Assembly: GCA_903859365.1 (NCBI GenBank)
Contig: CAIOMD010000011.1
Span: 17,467 to 81,466, forward strand
Reading direction: 5' to 3'
From: an uncultured Candidatus Saccharibacteria bacterium
Lineage (GTDB): Bacteria > Patescibacteriota > Saccharimonadia > Saccharimonadales > CAIOMD01
Length of the DNA stretch: 64,000 nucleotides
Made by a program: the position numbers and the translations under genes
In this document: positions 47,607 to 57,283 of the stretch, piece by piece
Numbering within the stretch: position 1 is the stretch's first letter
Layout of the letters: the number at the start of each line of letters is the position of its first letter
Notes under the pieces: model-generated
Told to the model about the DNA's origin: nothing
The model's input: the letters and a program-made list of their open reading frames with translations, nothing else
Databases searched by the model: none

Positions 47607-48523
47607 TTTATTCATATTTTGGTACTAATAAATTCTTAAAAGATGAGCAAATAAAAAAGCTTATTGCTGAATTTGAAAAGCGCCATACCGCGCTTGCAAT
47701 TGATCATTTTAACGGTGAAGAAATGACTAAAGAGGTTCTCATAGACGCTCTCAGCACCGCTCCATTTCTAACAGAAAAGAAAATGGTAATTATAAATCAA
47801 CTTGGTGCTAATAAAACATTGTCTGAAAAAATAGTAAGCCTAGTGGAAATGACAGCATCGACAACCGATCTGGTGCTTGTAGAGAATAATTTTGATAGTA
47901 AGTCAGCGCTACATAATTATTTAAAAAAACACTCAACATTTTCAAATAGTAAAGAGCTAGACGAGCGTTTATTAGCCCAATGGGCACAAAATTATGCAAA
48001 AAATTCTGGAGCAACTTTGAGCGCAACCAACGCCCTATTTCTTGTTGATAGAATAGGACGCAATCAACTGCAGGTAGCACATGAAATTGATAAATTAGCA
48101 CTTTTTAGTAGTGATATAACAAAAGAAAGTATCGAACAGCTTGTTGATTTCACCCCTCACAGTCTGATCTTCGCAATGCTGGACGCAGCACTCAGTGGCA
48201 ATCTCACTAAGATGTTGAATTATTATGAAGAGCAAAAGATGCAGGGCACTGAACCACTCGCAATTCTCGGAATGATTATCTGGCAATTACATAATCTGGC
48301 CCTCACACAAGCAGGATCTGGGCTTTCAGTCGATGAAATTGCATCTAAAACAAAACTAAAACCCTATTCGATTCAAAAAAATCAAACAAGCCTTCGTTCT
48401 ATTAATCGCACAATATTAATTGCTTATATAGATAAAACAATAGAAGTCGATAAAAAAATAAAAACAAGTTCCGTTGATCATGACGATGCAATACGGAACT
48501 TGCTTGTTTCTTTTGCTAGATGA
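47603..48523 (+). CDS. holA: DNA polymerase III delta subunit
   Basis: YSYFG, PFLTEKKMV, HEIDKL, IFAMLDA, EPLAILGMI; adjacent to rpsT. Confidence 0.85.
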   Translation: MIYSYFGTNKFLKDEQIKKLIAEFEKRHTALAIDHFNGEEMTKEVLIDALSTAPFLTEKKMVIINQLGANKTLSEKIVSLVEMTASTTDLVLVENNFDSKSALHNYLKKHSTFSNSKELDERLLAQWAQNYAKNSGATLSATNALFLVDRIGRNQLQVAHEIDKLALFSSDITKESIEQLVDFTPHSLIFAMLDAALSGNLTKMLNYYEEQKMQGTEPLAILGMIIWQLHNLALTQAGSGLSVDEIASKTKLKPYSIQKNQTSLRSINRTILIAYIDKTIEVDKKIKTSSVDHDDAIRNLLVSFAR

Positions 48524-48913
48524 TTATTTCTTAGCTGTTGGTTTGGTTGTTTTCTTTGCAGTAGGTTTTGCTGCTTTTTTAGCTACCGGCTTTGTTGTTT
48601 TTTTAGAAGGGGTGGTAACTTTTTTAACAGTCTTTTTTGCTTCTGGTTTTGCGCCAGCGATTTTTACCATTTTAGCAAGTTGGCTTTTTTTGCGAGCAGC
48701 TTTATTCTTGTGAATAACATTTTTCTTTGCAGCTGTATCGACTGCACTGGTAGCTTTTACATGTGCTGCCGTAATTTCAGCAGTTTTTCCACTAGCTAGG
48801 GCAGTTTGTAATTCTTTCATTGCCTCACGAAGTGCTCGCTTAGTTTTTGAGTTTCGTGCGGCTGCTTTAGCTGCTACTTTAACTCTCTTTTTTGCTGATT
48901 GAATGATTGGCAT
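48524..48913 (-). CDS. rpsT: 30S ribosomal protein S20 with Lys/Ala/Thr/Pro-rich C-terminal extension
   Basis: MPIIQSAKKRV, VDTAAKKNVIHKNKAARKKSQL. Start at ATG 48913 with an AAGGA SD. Confidence 0.93.
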   Translation of the reverse strand: MPIIQSAKKRVKVAAKAAARNSKTKRALREAMKELQTALASGKTAEITAAHVKATSAVDTAAKKNVIHKNKAARKKSQLAKMVKIAGAKPEAKKTVKKVTTPSKKTTKPVAKKAAKPTAKKTTKPTAKK

Positions 48914-49071
48914 TAATGATTCCTTTATCTCTTTATGCTTGCAACTGCAACTATTATTTTCATCAATTTGCAATTATAGCCTAAAGAAGTAAATTTTGCA
49001 ATCATATCTATTGAAATGCTATTGCTTTTATGGTATCGTTTGAAAGTACAAGTAAAAAATAAAAACAAATA

Positions 49072-50556
49072 ATGGATACTACCTCTAAAACCCAAGCAAT
49101 TGATCGCCTAAAGAGCGCACAAAATATACTTATAACAGTAAGTAGCAATCCTTCGGTTGACCAACTTTCTGCGGCAATTGGAGCCGCCCTTTTGCTTACC
49201 AAGGCAGGTAAAAGTGCAACTGCAGTATTCAGTGGTCAGATGCCTTCTACGATCGAATTTTTAAAACCAGAAGAAACCTTTGAGAAAAATACAGATAGTT
49301 TACGAGACTTTATTATTTCACTAGATAAATCTAAAGCTGATAAGCTTCGTTATAAGGTTGAAGACAACGTAGTGAAGATATTCATCACTCCTTATAAGAC
49401 AAGCTTATCTAGTGCTGATCTCGTGTTTGGTGAAGGTGATTTTAATGTTGATGCAGTACTTGCACTCGGAGTAGATCAAAAAGAACATTTAGATAATGCA
49501 GTCATGTCACAAAGCAGAATTTTACATGACGCAACTCTTATTGGTTTTATGGCTGGAAAACTTGCTATTGATACGGGAAGTATCAATTGGCAAGACGAAA
49601 AAGCCTCAAGTCTTAGTGAAATGGTAGCGAGTATAGCTGATTCTTTTGGTTCAAATCTGCTCGACTCACAAATAGCCACTGCCTTTTTAACGGGAATTGT
49701 TGCAGAAACAGAACGATTTAGTAACGAAAAAACAACGCCGCAGGTGATGAACTTGAGTGCCATTTTAATGAGTGCAGGAGCTAACCAACAGCTTATATCT
49801 ACCGAATTAAGTGAGGGAGAAGAAGAAACACCGACCGATTTACCTAAACCTGATGAAGCAGGGCTCCTTGCGCTACCCGAGGTAAAAACTGAAGTACAGC
49901 CCCCTGAAGAGGCTCCTATTCCTACTCCGGTTCTCCCACCAACTCCACCTCCGACCCCGCCACCAACACAGCAATTTATGATGCCAGCGCCTATGCAATC
50001 TGATGCGCAGGCATTAGCTGATAAAAACCGACTTGATCAAATCAATATCGATGAGCAAGGTAATTTTGTGAGCGCAGAGGATCAAGCCAGCGGGGATGTT
50101 CCTTTGACGCAGGCACAAAATATGCCCGATCATCACGATAAGACTATTCAACCTCCAGCACACCCAAGCCCAGAAGTTTTCACTAAATATGTAGAGCAGG
50201 CGCCAATGAGCGGAGGAACGTTAACAGCAAATACGGTTCCCGAGGCTCTTGATCCTAGCACAGACCCTCTTTCGGGTACGCTTCCAAGCACCGCCCCAGG
50301 TATTGTAGGAGGAAATGCTGATGCAACCCTTCAGCAATCTATGAATCCCGAAGTGGCACGGCAAGCAGTGATTGATGCCGTTAACTCGGTAGTGCCTTCA
50401 CAGCCGGCTCAACCACTTGTTCCAATTCAAAATATCGGAGCACAAATTTTAGATGAGATTCCTCATCCGACAGATCAGATAGATAATTCCTCACCTGAAC
50501 AAAATGCACCACCTATGGTGCCACCACCATTGCCTCTCCCGAATCAGCAACTTTAA
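49072..50556 (+). CDS. Degenerate DHH/NrnA-like domain with long Pro-rich disordered tail
   Basis: AQNILI, NPSVDQLSAA, ASSLSEMV, IATAFLTGIVAETERF and GA motifs match the DHH fold, but the catalytic His/Asp motifs are absent. Confidence 0.7.
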   Translation: MDTTSKTQAIDRLKSAQNILITVSSNPSVDQLSAAIGAALLLTKAGKSATAVFSGQMPSTIEFLKPEETFEKNTDSLRDFIISLDKSKADKLRYKVEDNVVKIFITPYKTSLSSADLVFGEGDFNVDAVLALGVDQKEHLDNAVMSQSRILHDATLIGFMAGKLAIDTGSINWQDEKASSLSEMVASIADSFGSNLLDSQIATAFLTGIVAETERFSNEKTTPQVMNLSAILMSAGANQQLISTELSEGEEETPTDLPKPDEAGLLALPEVKTEVQPPEEAPIPTPVLPPTPPPTPPPTQQFMMPAPMQSDAQALADKNRLDQINIDEQGNFVSAEDQASGDVPLTQAQNMPDHHDKTIQPPAHPSPEVFTKYVEQAPMSGGTLTANTVPEALDPSTDPLSGTLPSTAPGIVGGNADATLQQSMNPEVARQAVIDAVNSVVPSQPAQPLVPIQNIGAQILDEIPHPTDQIDNSSPEQNAPPMVPPPLPLPNQQL

Positions 50557-51248
50557 TTTGGTTTAAAAAAGTAAAAGTTTTCGGTTTTTGAAGGTAGGCT
50601 TTCCATTCTTTGAATTATCATTTCAGCATCGTCGCGCTGAGACGCGTGGGCTCTCATAATTTTCTTTTTCAGTTCAAAAACAGAAGATATGTCTACGCTT
50701 AGATCAATTTCACTCGGAGATCGTCCCTTTGATCGGTACACAAAACTGGTATCAGGAGTTGGAAGCATATTTTCTGGTATACAAGCGAGCCATAGTTGTT
50801 TTATCTGGGGATATTGTTCCGCAAGTTTCACATAGACAAAACAGCTAACAAAGCTCATGACGATATGGTCGATATGCCCCGAAATTCCATTTTGATCCAT
50901 TGATATGAGCGTTATTTCACACTCTGGTTCATTTACGCAAATAGCTGCCACTATGCTTTCAACCTTACTTGCTATTTCTACGAACTGATCATTCGATAAT
51001 TTGCCATCTTCATAATTCAAATGGAACTGCTGCTTCACGCCAAGTAGCGTACCGGCGGCTTGCCATTCTTTTAATCTGACCGCACCGAGCGACGTATGCT
51101 TGTCTGGGTTATTACCACCACTACCATCTGTAGCAAGTATTAAATAGACGTCCGCTCCGTCTCTTATTTGCAGTGCTAATGTTCCTGACGGGCCAAACGA
51201 TTCATCATCAGGATGAGCAAAAATACCTATAAAAACTTTTTTCTTCAT
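50553..51248 (-). CDS. PIG-L/LmbE family deacetylase
   Basis: IFAHPDDES, ATDG, VRLKE, GHIDH, AHASQ. True start is ATG 51248. Confidence 0.9.
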   Translation of the reverse strand: MKKKVFIGIFAHPDDESFGPSGTLALQIRDGADVYLILATDGSGGNNPDKHTSLGAVRLKEWQAAGTLLGVKQQFHLNYEDGKLSNDQFVEIASKVESIVAAICVNEPECEITLISMDQNGISGHIDHIVMSFVSCFVYVKLAEQYPQIKQLWLACIPENMLPTPDTSFVYRSKGRSPSEIDLSVDISSVFELKKKIMRAHASQRDDAEMIIQRMESLPSKTENFYFFKPN

Positions 51249-51254
51249 ACATGT

Positions 51255-51264
51255 ATTGTACAAT
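51255..51264. promoter_or_regulatory. Palindromic bidirectional -10 element
   Basis: ATTGTACAAT gives TACAAT on both strands, each exactly 6 nt from a divergent ATG (51248 and 51271). Confidence 0.7.
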
Positions 51265-51270
51265 TGCAAA

Positions 51271-51963
51271 ATGATAGAAGGACTACTTTTGGTAGATAAA
51301 CCAGAGAATATCTCAAGTTTTGGTGTTGTCTCTCGAGTGAGAGGTTGTTTAAAGGCTGGATTAAATGTAAAAAAACTTAAAGTGGGCCATTCTGGCACGC
51401 TTGATCCTGCTGCGACCGGACTCTTAGTGCTTGCAATTGGATCGTACACAAAAAGAATTCCCGAGTTACTGCTTAAAGATAAAGTCTACTCGGTTACGAT
51501 GAAACTTGGGCAAACATCTTCAACGGGTGACAAAGAAGGAGTGCTTAGCGACATTTTGGATATCCAGCCTGCTGAGGAAGAAATTCTACTAGCCCTTAAA
51601 AGATTTGAAGGCGAGATAGATCAGATTCCACCCATCTATAGTGCTATTAAAGTAAATGGCAGGAGGGCTTATGATCTCGCTAGAGAAGGCAAGGAAGTTA
51701 GTATGAAATCCCGAAAGGCTACTATTTTTAGTAATTCATTCAAAGCTTACGACTATCCATTTGTAACTTTTGAAAGCCATGTGGGAAGTGGCACTTACAT
51801 ACGAACTCTAGTCGAAGATATCGGTAAAGAGCTTGGGTGCGGAGCTTACATGTCCGATCTTAGAAGAACGCAAATTGGCGATTTTTCGGTTACTGATGCG
51901 ATGGTTCTCGATGATCTTTCTTACTCAAAAATTAATCAGTCGCTAATTTCTCTTGAAAGGTGA
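51271..51963 (+). CDS. truB: tRNA pseudouridine(55) synthase
   Basis: VDKP, KVGHSGTLDPAATGLL, QIPPIYSAIKVNGRRAY, GTYIRTL, LRRT. Confidence 0.96.
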   Translation: MIEGLLLVDKPENISSFGVVSRVRGCLKAGLNVKKLKVGHSGTLDPAATGLLVLAIGSYTKRIPELLLKDKVYSVTMKLGQTSSTGDKEGVLSDILDIQPAEEEILLALKRFEGEIDQIPPIYSAIKVNGRRAYDLAREGKEVSMKSRKATIFSNSFKAYDYPFVTFESHVGSGTYIRTLVEDIGKELGCGAYMSDLRRTQIGDFSVTDAMVLDDLSYSKINQSLISLER

Positions 51964-51991
51964 GTACTTTTCTGGTACAATACACACCTGT

Positions 51992-52258
51992 ATGATTTCA
52001 ACAGCTAAAAAAGCAGACCTAATTAAGCAACACCAGACTAGTAAAACAGATACTGGTTCTCCTCAAGTGCAAGCAACTATCATGACTGCACGTATTTCTG
52101 AGATTACCGAACATCTTAAAGCAAACAAGCATGACAACATGGCTCGACGTGGCCTTCTACAACTCGTTGGTAAAAGACGACGTGCTTTACAGTACCTAGC
52201 AAGCAAAGATCCCCAAGGATACCTTGATATAATTGCAAAACTAGGCATTCGCCGGTAG
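51992..52258 (+). CDS. rpsO: 30S ribosomal protein S15
   Basis: DTGSPQVQ, HLKANKHD, RRGLLQLVGKRRR, LGIR. Start at ATG 51992, after TTGAAA-N17-TACAAT. Confidence 0.96.
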   Translation: MISTAKKADLIKQHQTSKTDTGSPQVQATIMTARISEITEHLKANKHDNMARRGLLQLVGKRRRALQYLASKDPQGYLDIIAKLGIRR

Positions 52259-52314
52259 TTTTTATCTTTTAGTCGTTTAATAATTTTATTAAAAATAGTA
52301 TAATTTAATAGTAA

Positions 52315-52374
52315 TCATTAAGGTGATAGAGCACAGCTATACAAGGGTATATCTGAACCCTGTCACTTTGATGA
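52315..52374 (+). promoter_or_regulatory. Long stem-loop in the pnp 5' leader
   Basis: TCATTAAGGTGATAG pairs with CTGTCACTTTGATGA (15 bp including G-U), just downstream of TATAAT 52299-52304. Confidence 0.65.
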
Positions 52375-52395
52375 AAAGAAAGGATTATTGCATTT

Positions 52396-54516
52396 ATGAG
52401 CGATATCATTAACCCATTTGGAAAAAAAATAACAACTGTTGAGACAGAATTGTTTGGTCGCAAGCTTAGTCTTGAAATTAATCGATTAGGTTTTAGAACT
52501 ACTGCCTCTGTTTTAGTTACGTATGGCGAAACTGTAGTGCTGGGTAGCGCGATGGTGAGCCAGCATCGATTAACCGGAATGGATTATTTTCCACTTAGTA
52601 TCGATTACGAAGAAAAAATGTATGCGGCTGGCAAAATTAGCGGCTCACGTTTTATTAAAAGAGAAGGTCGCCCCAGCGATGATGCTATCTTAATTGGACG
52701 CTTGATAGATCGTCCAATCCGTCCACTCTGGCCAAAAGGTTATCGACACGAAGTACAAGGAGTTGCAACTGTTCTTTCGCTTGATCCTACTTTTCGACCT
52801 GATGTTATCGCAATGATTGCAATGAGCGCAGCCTTTAGTTTAACCGGAGCGCCATTTGACGGTCCGGTAGCTGCACTTCGTGTAGGCCTTAATGAAGACG
52901 GCACTTTTGCTGCGTTTATGACAAACGAACAATACGATAATGGAGATCTCGATCTCGTTGTAGCTGCTACACAAGACGGTGTCATGATGGTTGAAGCTGG
53001 TGCAAGTGAAGTCTCGGAAGAAGTTATCGCAAAAGCAATTACCTGGGCGTTTAAGGAAATGCAACCAGCTATTGCCATCCAAAAAGAACTTGTCAAAAAA
53101 GTTAAGGTTGTAATGCAAGAGTATGAGCTTGATCTTCCTAAAGAAGAAATTCAAAAAGAAGTCGACGAATGGGTTGATGGTAAACTTGGGCACAAACTTC
53201 GCGCCGTGTATCCCGAGCGTAACGAACTCGTAAAATCACTTCGAGCTGACTTTCACGAGGTGCTTGAGGCAAAACACGGTGAAGAGGTATACAAAGAATT
53301 GCGTTCCAAATATGATGAAGCCTTTGAACTTGCTGTGCATAAAGATGTGCGTGCCGGGATCATAAAAGATGGTATTCGACCTGATGGACGCAAGCTGACT
53401 GAAATTCGAACTTTAAGCAGTGAAGTAGGCGTGCTTCCAAGGGTTCATGGGTCAAGTATATTTACCCGTGGCATGACACAGGCGCTTAATATTGTAACGT
53501 TAGCACCTCTTAGCTATTCACAAATCGTAGATACGATGGAAAGAGATAGTGAACGTCGATACATGCATCATTACAATGCACCTGGCTATACAGTTGGTGA
53601 AGTACGACGATTAAGCGGTCCTGGCCGACGTGAAATTGGTCACGGCTACCTTGCTGAACGTGCGCTTGCTGCTGTTCTACCTGACGAAGTCACCTTTCCG
53701 TATGCTATTCGTAGCGTTACTGAAATTATGAGTCAAAATGGCTCTACGAGTATGGCGGCTACCTGTAGTAGCACGCTCGCCCTTATGGATGCCGGTGTGC
53801 CTCTAAAAGCACCCGTTAGCGGTATCGCAATGGGCCTTATGCTTGAAAAAGATACACCATATATTTTGAGTGATATTGCTGACGCTGAAGACTTTGCGGG
53901 TGATATGGACTTTAAAGTGACTGGAACCGAGAAGGGTATTACCGCACTTCAGATGGATATGAAAGTACATGGTCTTAAGCCAGAAATTCTTGCTTCAACA
54001 CTAGAGCAAGCTAAAGAAGGCCGAAAACACATTCTAAAGCACATGCTTTCAGTAATCGACACACCACGCAAGTCATTGAGCCCGTATGCGCCCCGAGTTG
54101 AGAGTATAAAGATTAATCCTGACAAAATTCGCGACGTTATCGGTAAGGGCGGTGAAATGATCAATAAAATTATCGCTGAAACCGGTGCTGATATAGATAT
54201 CAAGGATGATGGCACTGTCTTTATTGCTAGCCCTGACCAAGCAAGTATTGAAGCGACCAAGAAATGGATAGAGCAATTAACAAAAGAACCTGAAGTAGGC
54301 ACGCTGTATGAAGGTACCGTCGTTAAGATTATGGACTTTGGTGCATTCGTAAACATTATGCCTGGTATTGATGGCATGGTGCATGTTAGTGAAATTGCTG
54401 AACAGCGAATCGGTCATCCTTCCGAGGTTCTCAAAGAAGGTGAAAAAGTTACTGTTAAGCTCATGGCAATTGATGAAAAAGGTCGGCTAAACCTAAGCAT
54501 CAAAAAGGCAAAGTAA
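52396..54516 (+). CDS. pnp: Polyribonucleotide nucleotidyltransferase
   Basis: RLIDRPIRP, RPDGR, RREIGHG, NGSTSMA, GDMDFKV, with KH and S1 domains. Confidence 0.98.
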   Translation: MSDIINPFGKKITTVETELFGRKLSLEINRLGFRTTASVLVTYGETVVLGSAMVSQHRLTGMDYFPLSIDYEEKMYAAGKISGSRFIKREGRPSDDAILIGRLIDRPIRPLWPKGYRHEVQGVATVLSLDPTFRPDVIAMIAMSAAFSLTGAPFDGPVAALRVGLNEDGTFAAFMTNEQYDNGDLDLVVAATQDGVMMVEAGASEVSEEVIAKAITWAFKEMQPAIAIQKELVKKVKVVMQEYELDLPKEEIQKEVDEWVDGKLGHKLRAVYPERNELVKSLRADFHEVLEAKHGEEVYKELRSKYDEAFELAVHKDVRAGIIKDGIRPDGRKLTEIRTLSSEVGVLPRVHGSSIFTRGMTQALNIVTLAPLSYSQIVDTMERDSERRYMHHYNAPGYTVGEVRRLSGPGRREIGHGYLAERALAAVLPDEVTFPYAIRSVTEIMSQNGSTSMAATCSSTLALMDAGVPLKAPVSGIAMGLMLEKDTPYILSDIADAEDFAGDMDFKVTGTEKGITALQMDMKVHGLKPEILASTLEQAKEGRKHILKHMLSVIDTPRKSLSPYAPRVESIKINPDKIRDVIGKGGEMINKIIAETGADIDIKDDGTVFIASPDQASIEATKKWIEQLTKEPEVGTLYEGTVVKIMDFGAFVNIMPGIDGMVHVSEIAEQRIGHPSEVLKEGEKVTVKLMAIDEKGRLNLSIKKAK

Positions 54517-54526
54517 ATAGCTCGTT

Positions 54527-55105
54527 ATGCCCCTCGAAAAAAAGGAGCAACTTGAACAAATTAGGGTAGATATTGAAAAAAATAATGTCTGCCCAGATTT
54601 GGCCAAGACAGCCAAGCACCTTGTTTTTGGATATGGAAATGTAGATGCAGAGATTCTCATAATAGGAGAAGCGCCCGGAAAAAAGGAAGACGAAACTGGT
54701 ATGCCGTTTGTAGGGGCGAGTGGCCGATTGCTCGACGAAATGCTATCCAGTATTTCGCTTAACAGGGAAGATGTGTATATAACAAATATTGTAAAATACC
54801 GTCCCCCCAATAATCGAGATCCGCTACAATCCGAGAAAGATCAGTTTTTACCCTATCTAAAACAACAAATTACCACTCTAGCACCGCTACTTGTCATTAC
54901 ACTAGGACGACATAGCATGCAGTGCTTTTTACCTAACGCCATCATCGGTGAGGCCCACGGATTACTCTTTAGAGTAAAACAGGAAAATATACTTCCTCTG
55001 TATCACCCGGCTGCAGGTATATATAACAGAACATTACGCGAGACGATGAAAAAAGATTTTGAAAAAATCCCAGAAATACTCGCATTAATTAGAAAAGAAA
55101 AGTAG
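54527..55105 (+). CDS. Family-4-like uracil-DNA glycosylase
   Basis: IGEAPG..ED..G.PFVGASG, YITNIVKYRPPNNRDP, LYHPAA. Confidence 0.92.
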   Translation: MPLEKKEQLEQIRVDIEKNNVCPDLAKTAKHLVFGYGNVDAEILIIGEAPGKKEDETGMPFVGASGRLLDEMLSSISLNREDVYITNIVKYRPPNNRDPLQSEKDQFLPYLKQQITTLAPLLVITLGRHSMQCFLPNAIIGEAHGLLFRVKQENILPLYHPAAGIYNRTLRETMKKDFEKIPEILALIRKEK

Positions 55106-55117
55106 GAGAAATACTAT

Positions 55118-57181
55118 ATGAACGAACAAAATAACCGACCCAAACTTCCGAGAAAGCCATTGAACGCAGGCCAACGTAAGGATCAAAATGGACCTGCGAA
55201 AGCTCCAGCTCGAGCGCGAGCAGTATCCCGTGGTGCCGCAATTCGGGCCCACAAAAGAAACCAAGACGACGCTAATCGAATGATTAGCCAGTATTCTGAC
55301 GCTAACCAAAAAACAAGAAAACGAGCTAATGTCATCAAGGATGAATTCGATAAGCTTAAGGTAACAATCCTGGGCGGTCTTGAAGATGTCGGTGAAAAGA
55401 ACATGACAATTATTGAATATCGTAACCAAGCTATTATTCTTGATTGCGGCAATAACCTTGGGGTTGATCTTCCGGGAGTTAACTATGAAATTAATGACGT
55501 TGCATATCTTGAAACAATCAAAAATAAGATCCGCGGTTACGTCATTACACACGGACACCTTGATCACATTGGTGGTCTCAGGCACATAGTGCCAAAATAT
55601 CCAGCACCAATTTTTGGTTCACGATTTACTATTGGTATGGTTGAAAAAACGTTTGATGATGAAACGGCAGATAAAAACTTTACTCCAGAACTTGTCACCG
55701 TCAATATTGATAATCACGAAAGACTAGCAATTGGTGAATTCTTCGTTGAGTTTATCAGGGTAACGCACTCAATTCCCGATCCAACGGCGGTTTGTATTGA
55801 TACTCCGGTTGGACGAATCATTGCAACCGGAGATTTCCGCCTTGATCCAGAACCACTTGACAACCTTACGACCGATATCGCTCGGCTTAAAGAGCTAGGT
55901 GATCAAGGTGTGCTGCTACTTATGAGTGAGAGTAGCTATTCTGATGCAGAGGGACGAACTCCAACCGAACATACACTCCAAAAGAGTTTCCATGATGTAA
56001 TTACGCAAGCCTCAGGCCGAATCTTTGTTGCAGTTTTTTCAAGCAATATGAACCGAACACAAATGATTATCGATGCGGCAGTTGCCGCAGGTCGTAAAGT
56101 GGCGCTTGATGGCCGAAGTATGCTTGCATATGCCGAAATTGCGGTACGGCAGGGAATATTGAAAGTTCCTAAAGGAACAATCGTATCAATGCAACAAGCA
56201 GCAACGATTGCTGGCGGAAAAGTACTCGTTATGTGTACTGGCGGCCAGGGTGAAGCGAATGCAGCACTAGCACGGATGAGTGAAGGTGATCACAAATTCA
56301 TCAACCTTAATGAAGGCGACACGGTACTTATTAGTTCATCACCAATCCCTGGTAACGAAGTAAGTTATGATGCAATCAGTAATCGACTTAGTAGAAAAGG
56401 TGTTCACCTTTTCCGTCACCCAACCCATGAGTTAGATGGCTGTGGTCCACTGCACGTTTCTGGACATGCCAGACGCGAAGAACTTCGGGAAATGATTAAT
56501 CTAGTTCGACCAAAATATCTGATGCCAGTACACGGTGGAGCGCTGCGACGAAGATATCACGGGCAACTTGCTATCGAAGAAGGCATTGCACGAGATAACG
56601 TAATCCTAGCTGAAAATGGTGATAGTTATTATTTTTCAAAAGAAGGTTTTGAAAATGGTGGTCAAGTTCCACACGGTAGTCTTTTAGTTGACCAAACCGG
56701 AACGATCGTCAGCGGCATTGTCGTTAAGGATCGAATTATGATGGCCCAGGATGGTATCGTGGCTGTCGTGCTTACTATAGACAGGAAATCAGGCGCTAGT
56801 CTTACTAGCCCCGATATCATTAGCCGAGGATTTATCTATATACGAGATAATGAAGAACTCATGAATGATCTTAGAAATGAGCTACGACGAGCCATACAGC
56901 AACGCTTTAAGCGTGTAGAACTCGATAGATTCAAGCAAGAGATAAAAGAGCATGTCACGCATTTTCTATTTGAAAAAACCCAGCGATCACCGATTGTGAT
57001 ACCCGTTATTAACATTGTAGGTAAAAATGGTGCAACACCAGATAACCGCCCGAATCGAACATCCATGAATGTGAATGCTTCACAAAACGGGGTTGGTCAG
57101 CGCGAGGATGCGACTGAGCAGGCGAAACGTTTTGCTCAAATGAGACAACAGCTTCTCAATCAAGAATCTAAAACAGAATAG
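55118..57181 (+). CDS. rnj: Ribonuclease J with N- and C-terminal low-complexity extensions
   Basis: LGGLEDVG.KNM, THGHLDHIG, HSIPD, TGDF, IPGNE, HVSGHA, PVHG. Confidence 0.96.
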   Translation: MNEQNNRPKLPRKPLNAGQRKDQNGPAKAPARARAVSRGAAIRAHKRNQDDANRMISQYSDANQKTRKRANVIKDEFDKLKVTILGGLEDVGEKNMTIIEYRNQAIILDCGNNLGVDLPGVNYEINDVAYLETIKNKIRGYVITHGHLDHIGGLRHIVPKYPAPIFGSRFTIGMVEKTFDDETADKNFTPELVTVNIDNHERLAIGEFFVEFIRVTHSIPDPTAVCIDTPVGRIIATGDFRLDPEPLDNLTTDIARLKELGDQGVLLLMSESSYSDAEGRTPTEHTLQKSFHDVITQASGRIFVAVFSSNMNRTQMIIDAAVAAGRKVALDGRSMLAYAEIAVRQGILKVPKGTIVSMQQAATIAGGKVLVMCTGGQGEANAALARMSEGDHKFINLNEGDTVLISSSPIPGNEVSYDAISNRLSRKGVHLFRHPTHELDGCGPLHVSGHARREELREMINLVRPKYLMPVHGGALRRRYHGQLAIEEGIARDNVILAENGDSYYFSKEGFENGGQVPHGSLLVDQTGTIVSGIVVKDRIMMAQDGIVAVVLTIDRKSGASLTSPDIISRGFIYIRDNEELMNDLRNELRRAIQQRFKRVELDRFKQEIKEHVTHFLFEKTQRSPIVIPVINIVGKNGATPDNRPNRTSMNVNASQNGVGQREDATEQAKRFAQMRQQLLNQESKTE

Positions 57182-57283
57182 ACTTTTTAGACTTTCTGTG
57201 GTATAATATACATCATAATAGTCGAATGTATGCATCTGTTTATACATAAAAAAATAAAGAAAATAGGGTAGAATAAAAAGCAT

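Noticed and set aside
49900..49970. CCx-rich periodic DNA as a tandem repeat element
   Set aside because: Synonymous positions vary; it simply encodes the PPTP-rich linker.
51249..51449. 67-aa N-terminal extension of the PIG-L deacetylase
   Set aside because: It is antisense to truB. The family motif begins right after ATG 51248, which has its own -10.
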